From NCBI GenBank assembly GCA_030704615.1, contig CM060732.1, positions 34,596,001-34,660,000 on the forward strand: a DNA stretch of 64,000 nucleotides, written 5' to 3'. How positions within the stretch are numbered: the stretch's first letter is position 1; every line of letters starts with the position of its first letter. A program made the translations under genes and the position numbers. Below are positions 50,406-62,827 of the stretch, piece by piece. The notes beneath the pieces are model-generated. The model did no database searches. It saw only the letters and a program-made list of their open reading frames with translations, and was not told where the DNA came from. This DNA is from Takakia lepidozioides. Its lineage: Eukaryota > Plantae > Bryophyta.

Positions 50406-50700
50406 TTCACGTTAAAAGCAGGTGTGGCGGGTTCTGCCACTTTTTCAGCCTAATTCTCAGGCCGAATCGGCTACCCAGGGCAACATCGGCAGGGATGGCC
50501 GATTACGCACAGAGATCGTTAAACTTACTATTGAGGCCCGTGTCATCAGCCATGAACTCAACCGCCATCTCTCTGAGGCTCGCCCCGTTTATATCCTCTC
50601 CGGGGCTCTGAATCTGGGCAATCGATATGGGATAATCGAAACTCAATCATATTGCGCCACGTAGCGGCGAGAATCCGCCACACCTTTTAACGCCAGTGAA
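50406..50700. mobile_element. MITE-like element with ~30-bp imperfect TIRs
   Basis: cgttaaaagcaggtgtggcgggttct pairs with agaatccgccacaccttttaacg. Confidence 0.6.
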
Positions 50701-51802
50701 CGGGCCGCGTTGGCCGACTCTGCCATGTGGGCGGCCATAGGGCTCGCCCTGACGCATCACAAAACGTTACTGCTGATGAGAAAGAAGACATCTCGACTGG
50801 GTAACAACTAGTAACTAAACGTAACTAACTCCATCCTCCATCCATTCACTCCAGAGCATCTCTCGCTCTGCAGGAGAAGGCTGCGCAAAAGTGAGAGAGA
50901 GCGCTGTGCAGCCACCATCAATTTGAGCGCAAGTTCTTCAGAGTACCTAATGCTCTCCGCCTGCGTGATAACATAACATTGACTGGAGCTTGCGAAATTG
51001 TTGTCTCAAAGCTTCTGGTGGACTTTGCTTTTCCGTAGCCCTGTTCACCACTCAATGCCCCACAGGAGAACGCGGGCACCCGTTTTTCGACACCTCCACG
51101 TCACTTCCAGTTCAACACAGATATCCATGTACATATAGATAAGGAAGTCTCAAAGTTTCAGACAGTGTACCAACAGCGCGCCCGACCGATGCTTTGAAGT
51201 AGTCACTTTGTCACGTCCCTCTTTAAGGAAATGTAAGGAAAACAATTATCCGCTCACCACATCACGCACTCTTGCATCCGGCTACATGTCGAACGTGGCG
51301 TGTCGGTGACCCCACACAATCACCCTACAATGGCTCGTCACTTCAAAGTTGACCTGCAAGCGCACCTCTGACGACAGATAGAAATCACGATTATACAAGA
51401 ACAGGTTCACAAATTTCTTGACTTCGTCTCCAATCTACTTTAAGAGTCGCAGAATGAGCCATAGAAAAGGAAAGTGTGGGACACCACAAAATGAAAGAGT
51501 GGACTAGGGAGGGCGATGACGGTGGCTAAACTGGCGTTAGGAACGGGCTCGTTATCTAGCTTCTGATACCGAAATCAGGGAGGGAGAGAGGAACGAACGG
51601 AAGGAGATGCGAGTAAAGCGCCGCCTCTTATTAGTCACCTAGAAAGCCAGGGAGACAGAAAGAGAGACACTTAGGAGGTTGAGAAAAGAAAGTAAGAGGG
51701 ATGACGTGTATCTAAATTGCCTTCATGAGCGCGGCTACATCAGCTAGACTCACTTTCTTCCCCTCTTGCTGACTTCCACCATTGCAAGGTGAAGGAACAG
51801 AG

Positions 51803-54800
51803 ATGGAGGACCGGCATAGAGTGGAGAGGCGTTTGGCGACAAATTGCAGGCACTTTGCAGAATCCACGGCTGCCACATCATGGGCTTTGCGGCGATCCGA
51901 TTGCAATCATCACGCCACTGAGGCGGAAGCGGAGAAAGCATTGGTGCCAGTGCCCCCGCATTTCGCATCCCAGGCAGTTGTGTCGTCAAGGCAGCAGGTG
52001 AAGAAATTTTGTGTTTCTTGGGAATGAGGCACCGGGGATGTAGTAAAGCGAGTAATAAGTAATAACAGTTTGATGCTTGTCGATGAGAGCTTTGGTACTT
52101 GCACTTTAGGTGGTTGCTGGATGAGGTTGGATACACACTCTGTTAGCTACGTGAATTGAAAAGGTCAGTTGTTGCATGAAACTAGACGAGCTTCCGTCTC
52201 CTTAGTATCACTCATTGCAGATGTCATCAAGCTTTTCGAGAGCAATGAGGAAATGACTTGGAAGTCTGCAATAGTTTTTGTGGGACTGGATTTATTGCAG
52301 TAGTACTTCCCTTTGCTTCCATGTCAACGGTGTTATTTTGAGTTCCTGACTGCATTACCCGCCGTCCATCCACTATGTTTCCGAATATTCCAGGTCCAAA
52401 CTCAGATTATTTTCTCCTCGCAATGTGCTAATACCGTGGGGTACTGCTGAACACCTAGAAAGACCGGGAAAGAAGTATGGTCAAATTTTAACAGGAGCTG
52501 TTCTTCAATTCAATTAATCCAAGTATGGGAGCTGTATTAGAATCCCTCTATTTCTAAAATCCTCTAGGCTGTTTGGACATCTCAGGTCAATTAGAGCAGT
52601 TAATTTTTGAGAAACAGATATTTTGTTGAGTGCCACTGAACAACTATCAGATAAGCCACCAGTTGTTTCTTCTTTATATAAGGAGCTTTGTGTGGTGCTT
52701 TTGAGACTTATCCAAGTCTATTTTATATGGAAGATGATCCACAGATGAATTTTCAGAGTTAATTCACTAAGATCAACACCTCAATGGAGCTTTGGGGTCC
52801 TCAAATGACGCTCAGCCAGCACTGCTACTGTCTTTGCTTTATGTATATTGGTTTTGACCATGGCAGAACAGTGAAAGAGCAGTTTATTGGAGAGAAGAAC
52901 TTTGCTTTCTTCAAGCTGAGATGTGGTAATAGTATGAGCTTCAGCATAATGAGAAATTTTGTGCTTTCAAGTGTGAGTTGCATGAAGTTGAGGTGTTGTT
53001 CGCCTAAAGAGGTTGTAGTCCAGAAACATTTTTGAGAGGAATTGGAAAATGAAAAATTGAGGATGGGTTTTGGGAGGAGGGATCAGTACGAGGATTTGTA
53101 CAAGCAGTCTATCCAAGATCCCAGCAGTTTTTGGACGAACATTGCCGAGCAATTTCACTGGGAGCGCAAATGGGATACAAGCCAGCCAGTTTGTCGCCAC
53201 AACTTTGACTTGCAGAAAGGTCCTATTTTTATTGAGGTCAGTTGCAACACTGCTAAAGCTATTTATAGGGAACCCCTGGGACAGGCCATCCAAAACTATG
53301 TTAATGATCATCAAATGTTGCTACCTTTGGTACCTTGTTCTAAGAACCCAGTATGACCTGGGACTAAACTGAAATGACATGCTTTCTGCAGCTCAAGTTC
53401 CCCAGACTACTTTGTTTTCCTTACAAAATTCATTGTAACCTGTGTTAAGGGATCAGTGTTTCAAAATTATTCTAGGTCTGTGTACAAGCATTATTGTGCT
53501 TTTGTGGGGTCTGGATGGATGGATGCAGTGGTTTCGAGGAGGCTACACAAACATCTGCTATAATGCATTGGATAGGCATGTGCTGGAAGGACGGGGAAAC
53601 CAGGTTGCATTATTATGGGAGGGCAACGACCCCGACTGTGATGCTCGCCTCACCTACCATGATATGTTACAGAAGACCTGCCAGGTGCAGAGTGTTACAG
53701 CATTTTCTAAACTCTTAGAAACTCAACTGCCCTGCCAGCTCTTTTCGGAAGGTCACATCGAGAGTACTGTGACTTCCAGAAGAGTTTTTGCACATTTCTC
53801 TTCTATTGAATCTATACACACTCTAAATCAAGTTGTTCATGATGTTGAATGTTTTTTATCTGGTTGTCCCATGCATGTAGCTGCTGATGACTTATGTACC
53901 ACCTTATGCACAAAGTAGCAACAAACATCAGGAACAACATACAGTTGAAGTGACGATTCCATGCATTAATGACTGCCCTGCCTGTAAAACTTCAACTGTA
54001 AATTCTATGACCTTAACCCCATCATACCCCAGATGCGATACCTCTTCTAATAGACGTATTGTGGATGCAACTGGTTTAAAGCACTTGAAGGAATGTCTCA
54101 ATAAATGGCAGATGAAGTGGTACCTGGATTTTGTGTGCAAGAAGACTTAGAAGCCTGAAATTGTTTCGTTTTGCAGCTGGCTAACTACTTGCGGTCAAGG
54201 GGAGTGCAAAAGGGGGACATAGTTTGCATTTACATGCCCATGATCCCAGAACTTCCTATTGCAATGCTTGCCTGTGCCCGAATTGGGGCTCTTCACTCGG
54301 TGCAGTTCCTCTCTTCGCTCATGTTTCTGGCAGTTTGAGAGAGAACTTTGGACACTTAGATGCTGTTCATATTTGTAGACACTTGTTATATGTATTCTAA
54401 GCATTTGTAAGCAACTATAGACAGTACATCTCCTACTATTCGGCCAAAACTACACATAATTAGCATTGACAAAGTGGCCAAAATCGTGCGGGATTTGCAG
54501 TAGTCGACCAGGCTCCTACTGAGTAATAAATTTGAAATAGCATAGATATCCAAAACAAATTTTGCAGACAGGCAGTAAAATGCACAATGGGATGTGCATC
54601 ACCAGGTGGTGTTTGCAGGGTACAGTGCAGAGGCACTAGCAGGTCGCATTTTGGACTCCCAAGCAGCAGTGCTCCTCACATGCTCAGCAGGCTTGCGTGG
54701 AGAAAAGATCTTACCTCTTAAGGCCATTGCTGATGAAGCTCTCCGTTTGTGCATTGACCGAGAAAGCTTCCAACCTGGTCTGTATGGTTTGGATGTATCA

Positions 54801-57800
54801 TTTACCTGAAAATAGGATTCTACTTCATCTAGTGACAAATCTTGAGCTGGGACAGAACATAATGCAAGACTATTTTGTAGACTGTGTTCTGGTTTACAGA
54901 TGCACATTGTGAGAGTGACGCTAATTTTAACTTGCACTTGTGGTGATGATGGAACTGCCTGGTTGGTATGATGCAGCCACATGTCTGGTGTTTGACCACA
55001 GTCTAGCTATTGCTCGGGCCAAGGTTCCTTGGCAAAGTGGGCGTGACCTGTGGTGGCAGGTAAACTGTCTAGCTCTCTCTGAAGTACAGCAGGCTACGGC
55101 AAACAATGTCTTATGAGTACATTCTGAAGTACAGCTGCTGGATTTTTCCTTTCTTGATGGTAGTAAGTTTAGTTCATCATGCAAGTAGTGCTGTCGTTTG
55201 TGACTTGGTTTTGTGTTTAGTGAATCTTTAGCAGCCCCTCAAACTAGAGATGATTTGCTTACATCATTGTCACACATTTTCAGCTAGCCATGACTTTGGG
55301 GCACACTTAATTGCCTGTGCATAGATCAACATTTTCTTTTCCCCACCTCTGTGATGACATTACATTCATGAGTGGTGGAGCACAGGACGAGGTTAGATCC
55401 TGCAGCACAGAGGCAGATGTTGAATGGATGGAGGCTGAGGATCCTCTCTTCATTTTGTATACCAGTGGGTCAACTGGCAAACCTAAGGTCAGTTGTTGCT
55501 GCTTTTTACTTTATTCAAGCTGAAGTGAAACAGCTTTCTGCACCTCTTCCCTGTAGATTTGAGATAGAACATTGGATTCTGCATTGCCATGCTTGTATTT
55601 GGGCTGCAGGCCGCCTTTTTCCATGGAGTTGGAGCCTGTCATATATGTGGCCAAGCTGAAAACAGGGAGATTTGAGGGTTAAGCTGTATAGCCTCTCCAT
55701 GGCTTTAGATTTATTACTCAATCAGACCTCTTATTTTCCCAGGTGTGCTGAATGCAGGGAGTCTTACACACGGTGGGTGGTTACATGGTATACACTGCAG
55801 TTACCTTCAAGTTTGTGTTTGACTATCATCCCGGGGACATTTTCTGGTGCTCACTTTCCCCTTTCTTTTCTTTTCGAAGAAAATCCCACGTCCATACATC
55901 AATATTTACCACACTCTTTTATCATAGGCAACAGTTACTAGCACCTCAAGAATGTTTTTGAATATTGTCTAGAGAAGCTTATGCTGGTCTTTTATACAAG
56001 AAGATCCACATTTTGCATACTTAAGTGAGTCTTCTTTAGCTGCGCAGGTCTACAGCGGACTGTGGGTGGATCACCGGTCATACGTATGTGACATATGGTC
56101 CGTTGCTGAATGGGGCTACAACTCTCATCTTTGAAGGGGTAACCAACCCGCTGTTGCATATGTTTTCTTTGCATTTTGTCTTTGGGGTTTTCATTTCAGA
56201 GACACTTCTGACAGTTTGGAGAGGTTGTCATTATGCAAATTGCAGGTGCCCATGTGGCCAGATCCAGGGAGGTGGTGGCAGATAGTGGAGAAATATGGAG
56301 TGACAATCTTTTACACAGCGCCCACAGCAATACGGTCATTGGAGGCTCAGGGTGACAAGGTAATCTTTGTTGTTTTTAGAAGCCCTTCTTTAGGTTTTGG
56401 CCCTTGAGGAGGGCATGTCCAGGAAGACCACACTGCAGCACACTATGTATATTGGGACTGAGCCCCTTGGTGAAGCTGCCTCAACTTCTTGCAGCTGAGC
56501 TAACACTGGCCCCACTGAGGTGCTCCTGGTTGAAAGGTCATAGTTCTATGCTGGAGGTCACCCTGTGAGGTGATGGGAGCTGCAGGAAACTTTTGTCTGC
56601 GGTCAGCAGGATGTGTGGGATGCTGACTGAAAATCTAAACACATATCATGGTGCCCAACCGGAGGTGTTTAGTTCCTCTGGGCATAAGGGGCTCCACAAT
56701 CATACTCAAGAAAAAATGCTTTTGTGTGTTCTCTTCTTGGGGACTGTCTCATGCATCTTTAAGTTTCATTTTCTGGCCTTGGTGTTTTATGGGCTGCAGT
56801 ATGTCACAAAGCATTCACGAGATACATTGCGATTACTTGGCACTGTGGGGGAGTGCATCAATGAGAAGGCTTGGCATTGGTATCACCGTGTGGTGGGTGA
56901 GGGGCGTTGTCCTATTGTGGACACTTGGTGGCAGACAGAAACAGGGGCTACCATGATATCTCCATTGCCAGGGGCTTGGCCTTTAAAGCCTGGCTCCGCA
57001 ACTCTCCCTTTCTTTGGTGTACTGGTATGGCACCCTGCAGCCTTCCATTTTTCCCCTCTAGGAATCGAGTGATTGTCTTTTCAGCGCGTAAACTAGTTCA
57101 AAATGCCAAAGAAGATGTATAAGACTTGTTTAAATGATTTTATTAGAAGTTGAATTGCCCCATGCATTTCCCTGCTAATATGGCATCAAGGGAGCTGTGA
57201 AGAAGAGAATTAACAGTGGTCAGATTATGGACCATATAAGACTTTCCCCCCTTGGTGCCTTGGTTTTTATTTTTATATATCTAAAGTTTAGGTAGCCAAC
57301 ATGACAATGCAGGAGGGAAAGGAAAGATGTACCATTATAACATCCTTTGAAAACTCCGAGAGCCTATGGGAGGAAAAGGAGATTGATAACATCCATAAAA
57401 AACTCATAGAGCTTCTGAGACGAGAGGTTCTCTCTTTTATCGCCCTCTACTATGAGATCGGTGGGAGATTCCACTGTCTATTCCGTGGGACTCAATCTCT
57501 CACTGAAGTCTTCCCTTATCAGGATCAGAAATGCATGGCAGCTTACCTGCACGAGGCCTTGACCCTTAGGCAATCCCTTGAGCAGTAGTTGCTTTTGGGC
57601 TGCTTTTTGACTTTGGTTTTGTCTCCTCTCTCTTGTTTTTTGCCATTTTGTCCCATAAGCTCTTTGAGCTTTCCGCGAACGTTATAAGGTACCATTTCAT
57701 TTCATTCATTTCTCTTTATTTTGTTGTCCTACTGTGTCCACAGGCTCAGCCTTTCACGGACGTAGTAAATTTCCATATTTCTAATGTCCAGATGAAACCC

Positions 57801-60552
57801 ACGGAAAGAATAACTTTATAACATCCACAGGAGGCCCACAGAGACGGAGAAATCTATTCATGGGACGTTTGCTGTAGCCTTGTGCCCAGTTTGGGTGGAA
57901 CAAGACAGAGACAGAGAAATGAAATGAAATGAATGGTACTTTATAACGTCCGTGGAAAGCTCAAAGAGCTTATGGGACAGTGGAAAAACAAGAGAGAGGA
58001 AACAAAACCAGAACCAAAAAGAGAAAGAAATGAAATGAAATGGTACTTAATAACGTCAGAGAAAGAAATGGTACTTTATGACGTCCGCGGAAAGCTCAAA
58101 GAGCTTATTGGACAAAATGGAAAAAACATGAGAGAGGAAACAGAACCAGAGCCAAAAAACAGCCCAACAGCAACTACTGCTCAAGGGCATGTCTAAGGGT
58201 CAGGGCCTCCTGCAGGTAAGCTGCCAAGCGTTTTTTATCCTCATTGTGGAAAGAAAGAAAGTGGGAAGAGAAATGAAATGTCACTTCATTTGCGGAAAGC
58301 TCAGAGAGAAAGAATGAAAGAAACTTTTGAACAAGAGGCCCAAAGAAAGAGAAAGAATGAGAAAGTTCTATTACTTCCACATAAGACCCTTGGACAAAGT
58401 AGAACGACAAGAAATCCACTTTAAATTACACTGTACTGTGCACGAAGATGGGACATCTTTATGAAGGTAAGCTGCCAGACTCTGTGAGAGTGAGAAAGGC
58501 CTGACTGAAAACCGTGTGCACAACAGCCAGTGGTGTTGGACCCAGAAGGCAAGGAGCAGCAGGGCCCCTGTGAGGGCTACCTTTGCATACAAAAGCCGTG
58601 GCCAGGGATAGCCCGTTCTCTATATGGTGACCACAAGCGCTTTGAAGAAACTTATTTTCGAGATTGGGCAGGCCTTTACGTTACAGGTGATGGATGTCGC
58701 CGGGATGCTAATGGCTATATCACCCTCACAGGCCGTGTTGATGATGTTGTCAATGTGAGGTATGCTCTCTACACTTCCTAACTGTTTGGGCTTTCCATGG
58801 ATGCTACCAAGTTGCCTTGTTTGCTCTTTCTCTATCTGTAAGTCTTGTTTAAGTCAGCTTACACACAGCAGAGTGATACTTGTGTGAAGGGATTTCTAGA
58901 GGAAATCTGGAAAGCCTAAACCAATTGTTTATACCAAGGAGAGTCCCACTACTGGAATGAGCCCGTCACAAAGGTAGTGTCTGTTCCCTCTTGTTCTGCC
59001 CAAACTGGGCGTGGGGTCCGTGGCCACAAGGCTACCGCAAACGTCGTCCTACAGGTACATTTTATCTTGAAGACACTTGATTTCCGTGGACTGTCTGATT
59101 GGCAGTGCACCATATCCACATCTACATTTCTCACATCTATGCTGGATGGAAATCTTATGATTTTGAGATATAATGTCAATATGCCTACATCAAGCTTCTT
59201 TCCTGGAATCGGTGGCATCTGTGATGCCTAAGTGCTATGGCCATCTCCCACTGGGTCTGATTATCCTGGAGGGCTGCAGGACTATGCTGCCGGAAACTTT
59301 CAATTCAGTATTTTCTGTCTCTTTGTACCTCCTGTCCGTTGCATCTGTAGACATCTATGCACGGAATGCTGTCAATTGTATTTCAGTCCTTCTACGAAAG
59401 AATCAAAATAATGTGTGTGTACTTTTTGCCATGAAACAGTGGACACAGGATAAGCATTGCTGAAGTGGAATCTGCACTTGACTCACACTCTTCATGTGCA
59501 GAGGCTGCTGCTGTTAGCTTTGAACATGATGTAAGTTTTACGTGCTGATGACCTATCTATAATTCTTAGCTGGTGGTATCTCGGCATGTCACCAGAATCA
59601 CTATGAGTGGTGTATGTTGGCAGGTAAAAGGGCAAGGCATATGTGCCTTCGTCACTCTGGTGGATGGTGTCAATCCTTCTGATGATCTGAAGAAGTCTAT
59701 CTTGAGTACTGTTCGAAAAGAGGTAGGCCTCACGTTCTACAGAGGTAGCATAATCTCCTTCAACTTGTACTGTTTCAACCATAGAAGCAGACACTATATT
59801 TATTGATTGTAGAAATGAGAATGACGTGTAGGTAAGAGTGAGAAGTGGAGGAAATAGACTTGTTACTATTCTGATGCTGTGTATGCATGATAGCAGATTG
59901 GAGCTTTTGCAGTGCCAGATATAGTGCATTGGGCACCTGGGCTCCCCAAGACCAGGAGTGGGAAAATAATGCGACGAGTTCTGCGGAAGATAGCTGCAAA
60001 CCAAGTTGACGACCTTGTAATGCCACTACCCTCTGTTCTGAATGTTCGTGACGCTGGTTGGTAAGGATGCATGAGGTAGACGTTCTAGATATGACTCAAC
60101 ATTTTGGTATTCCAAACTTTCTGGAGCCATCCGGTGTGAAAATAGGTCCAAATTTCTCAGAAGTCCTCATGTGCGGCAACAAAATTGAATGTTGGTTTGA
60201 TAGAGTGCATGGATTTTACATGAGGAAGAGTGTTTTACGAGGTGAAAGAACTATTTAGTGTGCACAAAATTCAGCTGAAAAATCTGAGTCACACAGAGCT
60301 CCAAGAGTGAAGCCAACTTGTTCATCAATTATTCTTAAAGGTAACCTATCCTCTTAGATTAGTGGACGGGTAGTGATAGATACATTGATAATTGTTGCCC
60401 TTACATCCATTTTGGCTTCAACTCATGCAGTGGTGCTTATCTGTGTTCAATTGGTTGGTGTGGAGCAGGGTGATATAAGCTCGCTAGCAGACCCCTCATT
60501 GGTCACGCAGTTGGTCGATCTAACAAGAAACAAGCTGATTGCAAGGCTATAA
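51803..60552 (+). CDS. ACS: AMP-forming acetyl-CoA synthetase, 16 exons (first 51803-51997, second 53087-53236, last ~60470-60552)
   Basis: [26 protein letters not shown]...[61 protein letters not shown]...[28 protein letters not shown] and GDISSLADP. Confidence 0.95.
55091..55122 (+). mobile_element. 32-bp LINE 3'-terminal insertion with 13-bp TSD
   Basis: aggctacggcaaacaatgtcttatgagtacat is flanked by tctgaagtacagc at 55078-55090 and 55123-55135. Confidence 0.85.
57300..58228. mobile_element. Cluster of 3' ends of a second LINE family with (CATTT)n tails, in both orientations, inside an ACS intron
   Basis: ORF end [12 protein letters not shown]...[15 protein letters not shown]. Segment 57541-57712 (+) is the reverse complement of ~58060-58225 and partly of 57917-58020. 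Confidence 0.75.
58861..59058 (+). mobile_element. 3' end of the same LINE family as 7900-9415
   Basis: Reverse complement of 8523-8720 and 7903-8060 (cacagcagagtgat...caaactgggc...ggccacaaggctac). Confidence 0.8.
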
Positions 60553-60799
60553 GTGCACAAATGTTACCCTACAACAACTGGCAGGTTTACCGATCTGTCG
60601 TAATCAGCCACTGCTCAACACTCCCTGGCTCGTATGTATGATCGGACCATGGGATGTTGGCAGGTTATCTTGTGGAATCTTGAGCCTGATTGTTTAATTA
60701 TTTTGACTTGGCTATTGCTCCACTGCTGGCTATTTTCCGGCGTCGACATACACGTCGCCTTTTTCTTAATGTAGATTAAAACTTACCTTAGTTGATGAT

Positions 60800-60870
60800 G
60801 AGATGCTCAGCTCGATAGAGCACAGAGTGGTACCAAGGTGATGTTGGGTTCAAATCCTGCTACCTAGTTG
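60800..60870 (+). mobile_element. Degenerate tRNA-derived SINE head
   Basis: A-box-like tgctcagctcgatagagc and B box gggttcaaatcc. No complete cloverleaf. Confidence 0.5.
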
Positions 60871-61711
60871 TGCATGGTATTATTGTCTTCCCCTTACTTG
60901 GGTGGTGTCACATCACATGAGCCTTGTGCTTGGTGCCCAGGTCACTTTGAAATGGAGATAGGAATAATGTAAGCAGGCTGACGCCTGGGATCCTTAGGTA
61001 GGGGCCCCTGTCAAATCCTCTCCACCCCCTCTCACTTGTGGCTCACTATTAAAGATTTTAGAATGTTGATGGTTGTCGTGTAGCGACGGCTAGTGGTCTG
61101 TTGGTAAGGCGATGCTGATGGTAGCTTTGGGGCACAAGGTTTGACTCTTGCTGGATTGCTATGTCACCCTGTCCTATGTCATACCCATGTTTGATGTTAT
61201 TTCATTTTTGTGTGTTTTAGGTGTTCAAATTTTGAGACACCAAAAGGAGTTACATCGAGAGACACTCCCTTCCGGGTCACTTGGGTGTCCAATGTTGCTA
61301 CTTTGTTACTCTGGTGATGTCATTCCGTGTCACTCCCTTTTGGTGTCAGTCCAGTGTCTTGTGGATCACTGGCTTGAGCGGGTCGGGAAGATTTGTTATT
61401 AGAGAAAGTACCCTCAAAGAGCAGGTAAGTTAACTGAAAGCCTCATGTTTTGGCGGTTGATAGCGCAGTAAAAAGAGAGAAAAGATGTCCACCTAAAAAA
61501 ATCTGTAGCATTGACAAATTTGTCTGTTGGTCTGTCACTCGCCGCATGTGGCGGACACTAAAGGTCTACAACTTTTCTATCACCAGGTTTTGTCACCCTT
61601 GGTGCGATCCAATAAATAAATACTGAACCTCTGGGGGAAATTTTGAAGGTAAAAAAGAATACTAGATTATTAGAATTACAATCTATGCATGTTCATGTTC
61701 AGTTATGTTAA

Positions 61712-62530
61712 CCCCTAATGGAAGACGCCACCTGATCAGAAATCAGAAAACAAATCGTTGGATGACCTTGGATGAAAAAACTTTCTGAGGTGAAAGTTGT
61801 GTGCTGTGATGTCATGCACCTGCCTGTCTTTATGGCACCCTAAAATAATAGAGCACTGCCGTCAGTAAGTTTTTAGTGTGCCAATTTAGGGCCCTCCAGC
61901 AGCTTTGACCTACCGACGTGGCAGGATATGGGTGGCTGTACCAACGAAAATTCATTTTGCATGTAGATAGGTTAGAAAATTCATCTATGCATGTAGATAG
62001 ATTAGAATGCTTCCAAATTTTTTGTGGTAGGGAGTTTCCATGTAGGGAACAATATGACCAGATGAATTCTCCTTGTGATGAAAATTTGGACACATTTGAG
62101 GCAAATTTGGGGTCAATTGTAGTGGATGGTCTTTTTGACCCACCACTTTTCCCATACAAAGCAACCCTCATGTGGTTTTGGAATTTGGTTCTGGAATTTT
62201 GGCCCAAGGTGCTCTACATGCCAGGCAATTAGAATGTGGTTATGCTGTATTAATGAAAATTCATTTTGCCAGGCCAATTGCTTGGTCAATCCATTTTTTC
62301 ACTCCAAAACTAGAGCACAGTAAAAATTTACAGCTTGCATTTTTGTTATAATCTTCATAATGACACGGTGAAATAAAATGAAATTCTTACAGTAAGTTCC
62401 TGAAGTAGGTATGATTACTTTCATACAGTTCATCACCATCATGGATGTTTGTCAAATGTCAGATATGCAAACATGAGGGCATGTTCAGTTTTGGAATGGG
62501 CTCACCAAAAAGGGGCTCGTCCTTTAGGGG
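61712..62530. mobile_element. Non-autonomous piggyBac-like element (TTAA-flanked, CCCC...GGGG ends)
   Basis: TTAA|CCCCTAATGGAAGACGCCACCT ... AGGGGCTCGTCCTTTAGGGG|TTAA, with imperfect ~20-bp TIRs. Confidence 0.62.
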
Positions 62531-62827
62531 TTAATGTGTATATCGATTACCTAGTGGGTATGTGAGCAATTTTGAAGGTGGAGCATGAAGGAGAAATGAC
62601 AGAAATGCAATTGCGTAAATGAACGACCGGATCGGTTCCTTCTTGATCATAACTTATGTACACATGAATTGTGATCTGAAGAGGTTCAAGGATTTTTTAA
62701 CTGACTAGTCGAGTTGGTCTGAATCAAGACCATCGAGTTTTATGACATGACTATACTACCACTACGGGTCAAGAAACTTGTTATAACGGATGCAGGCCTA
62801 GTGTAGCTGGAGGCTGATTCTACAAGT

